This document shows, in pieces, positions 62,602 to 64,000 of a DNA stretch of 64,000 nucleotides. The stretch covers positions 320,001-384,000 of the forward strand of contig CAVPIW010000012.1 of assembly GCA_963705105.1 (NCBI GenBank), written 5' to 3'. The notes below the pieces were generated by a model. That model worked only from the letters and a program-made list of their open reading frames with translations, did not search any database and was not told the DNA's origin. Made by a program: the position numbers and the translations under genes. This DNA comes from an uncultured Nitrospiraceae bacterium (lineage in GTDB: Bacteria > Nitrospirota > Thermodesulfovibrionia > Thermodesulfovibrionales > Dissulfurispiraceae). Positions within the stretch are counted from its first letter, which is position 1, and each line of letters starts with the position of its first letter.

Positions 62602-63492
62602 TCACTCATTGGCGTACGGCCCCTTTCTTGCCGCAATGAAGCAGGTGCCTCCGTTCTCTCCCGGCCTCTCCCCGGCGTTGCTGAGAATGTACTCTGTCAC
62701 ATCATCCGCACCCAGGCGTTTCAGTTCCTCAATGCATTCGGCACGATCGACCATGTACACCGCGTCGTTGTCCGTGGCCCACCTTTCGTTCAGGCACGCA
62801 GGTGTCAGATTGATCAACCACGGATGCCGGTCGGAAGGGAATCTGCGACTCGTCATCTGCGGCCAGTACATGCGAAAAAAGATGTGCTGAAGGGCGCCGC
62901 CGAAATCCGCCCTGCGCAGCTTCTCCTTCAGTGAGCCGGGGCCTCCGTGCGGCAGGGACGGCATTCTTCCGGCACTTCGAAAAGAAGGGCATACGATGAC
63001 GATCATTCCTCCCGGCCGTGTGAGCCTGACCATCTCGCGGAGGAATTTCTGAGGCCATACGAGATGCTCAAGGACGTACAACGAGAAGACGACGTCAAAG
63101 GAGGCTTCGGGCAGATCCACGTCATACAGCGAGGACGCAAGAAAGGTTGCGTCCCGTGCACCTCGTGCGGTCACCTTCTCCGTCTGATTATTCTTGATTT
63201 GGGGTTCGCTGCAATCAACACCTGTGTACTTTACACCGCACTCCCTGAGGTTGTCATAGGCGTGACCGGAGCCACAGCCCAGATCGAGCACTGTCAACCC
63301 AGGAGACATCATCGAGCGGAGGACCCAGTGGTACGTACCCGGATTCCACACCTCGTTCAGGGTCTGAGCCTTCTCATAGTAATTCCGTCTCCCGCATTCT
63401 TCGTTATAGAAGCGCATCATCCTGTCATGCAACCCCGCAAGTAGTGCTTGAGCGGAAATATCCGTTGCCGAAACCAGCACAACCTTCTTCAT
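62602..63492 (-). CDS. Class I SAM-dependent methyltransferase
   Basis: VLDLGCGSG, FDVV, VLEHL, RPGG; start uncertain (63492 or 63528). Confidence 0.88.
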   Translation of the reverse strand: MKKVVLVSATDISAQALLAGLHDRMMRFYNEECGRRNYYEKAQTLNEVWNPGTYHWVLRSMMSPGLTVLDLGCGSGHAYDNLRECGVKYTGVDCSEPQIKNNQTEKVTARGARDATFLASSLYDVDLPEASFDVVFSLYVLEHLVWPQKFLREMVRLTRPGGMIVIVCPSFRSAGRMPSLPHGGPGSLKEKLRRADFGGALQHIFFRMYWPQMTSRRFPSDRHPWLINLTPACLNERWATDNDAVYMVDRAECIEELKRLGADDVTEYILSNAGERPGENGGTCFIAARKGPYANE

Positions 63493-63541
63493 TGCTGAAC
63501 GCATTCCAGGCATCGTCCCGCATGCCATCTTGCGACCAGCA

Positions 63542-64000
63542 CTAGAGACCGTCACGGAGTTCCTCACGATAAAGGTCCAACATTTCGACCTCATTGTCAC
63601 CGGCGTAATCGTCATGGATGAATCGAAAGGTGAACGCGTCCTCCCAAATAAATCCAAGCTCCGAGCGCTTTGGGTCGGCCTTCTCCTTGTCCAGCCACGG
63701 TAGCCCCCTCCCTCCGGGCCGGAACCCGAGACCGCGTTCAATTTTGCTCAGGAGTGGTGTGAATCCCAGGCCCCGAAACACGCTGTTTGATCGAGCGAAG
63801 TAGCAGGTCGCCGGCCACTTGGCGATTATCAGGAGACAGTCGTCGTCGCGCAGGGTAAAAATCCACCGGTGGTGACAATAACCGACGTAGAGATGGGATC
63901 GTATGCTGGATAACTCTGAATGCTTCGTTGGCACCGCGATGTACCCCGCCTTGGAGTGTTTCATCAGATTGCTCAGCACATGCTCAGGTCTTCTGATGTC
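63542..64000 (-). CDS. 3' part of a polysaccharide-cluster protein, possibly methyltransferase-like (partial)
   Basis: Frame open to the window edge; DIRRP....AGYIAVP, GYCHHRW. Confidence 0.6.
   Translation of the reverse strand, partial: DIRRPEHVLSNLMKHSKAGYIAVPTKHSELSSIRSHLYVGYCHHRWIFTLRDDDCLLIIAKWPATCYFARSNSVFRGLGFTPLLSKIERGLGFRPGGRGLPWLDKEKADPKRSELGFIWEDAFTFRFIHDDYAGDNEVEMLDLYREELRDGL

Overview
A GC-rich bacterial chromosomal window. Gene content (futalosine-pathway mqnA, WaaF-GmhB fusion, rubrerythrin/FprA/PerR cluster, multiheme cytochromes) suggests an anaerobic Nitrospirota- or Deltaproteobacteria-like organism; this is an inference. In order it holds: a GT2 gene; archease-rtcB-mqnA; a minus-strand PilZ/acyltransferase-like, B12 radical SAM, FIST, hybrid kinase, SGNH lipoprotein cassette; IorAB-type molybdoenzyme; yajC-secDF-recJ-panB; msrA; assorted metabolic genes; an FG-GAP/cytochrome operon; an M6 protease; an oxidative-stress cluster with an octaheme cytochrome; LPS heptose genes; tRNA-Ser(UGA); and part of a surface-polysaccharide cluster. 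Three things stand out. (1) rtcB has an in-frame TGA exactly at its catalytic metal-binding Cys, followed by a hairpin, so it is a candidate selenocysteine RNA ligase. (2) The five-gene cassette behind a sigma28-like promoter looks like a c-di-GMP-gated make/sense/destroy signalling system. (3) A ~212-bp MITE-like family with 4-bp target duplications has about 14 full or partial copies, one nested in another, alongside other palindromic and short-tandem intergenic elements. Several genes carry +1 frameshifts that are probably sequencing errors.
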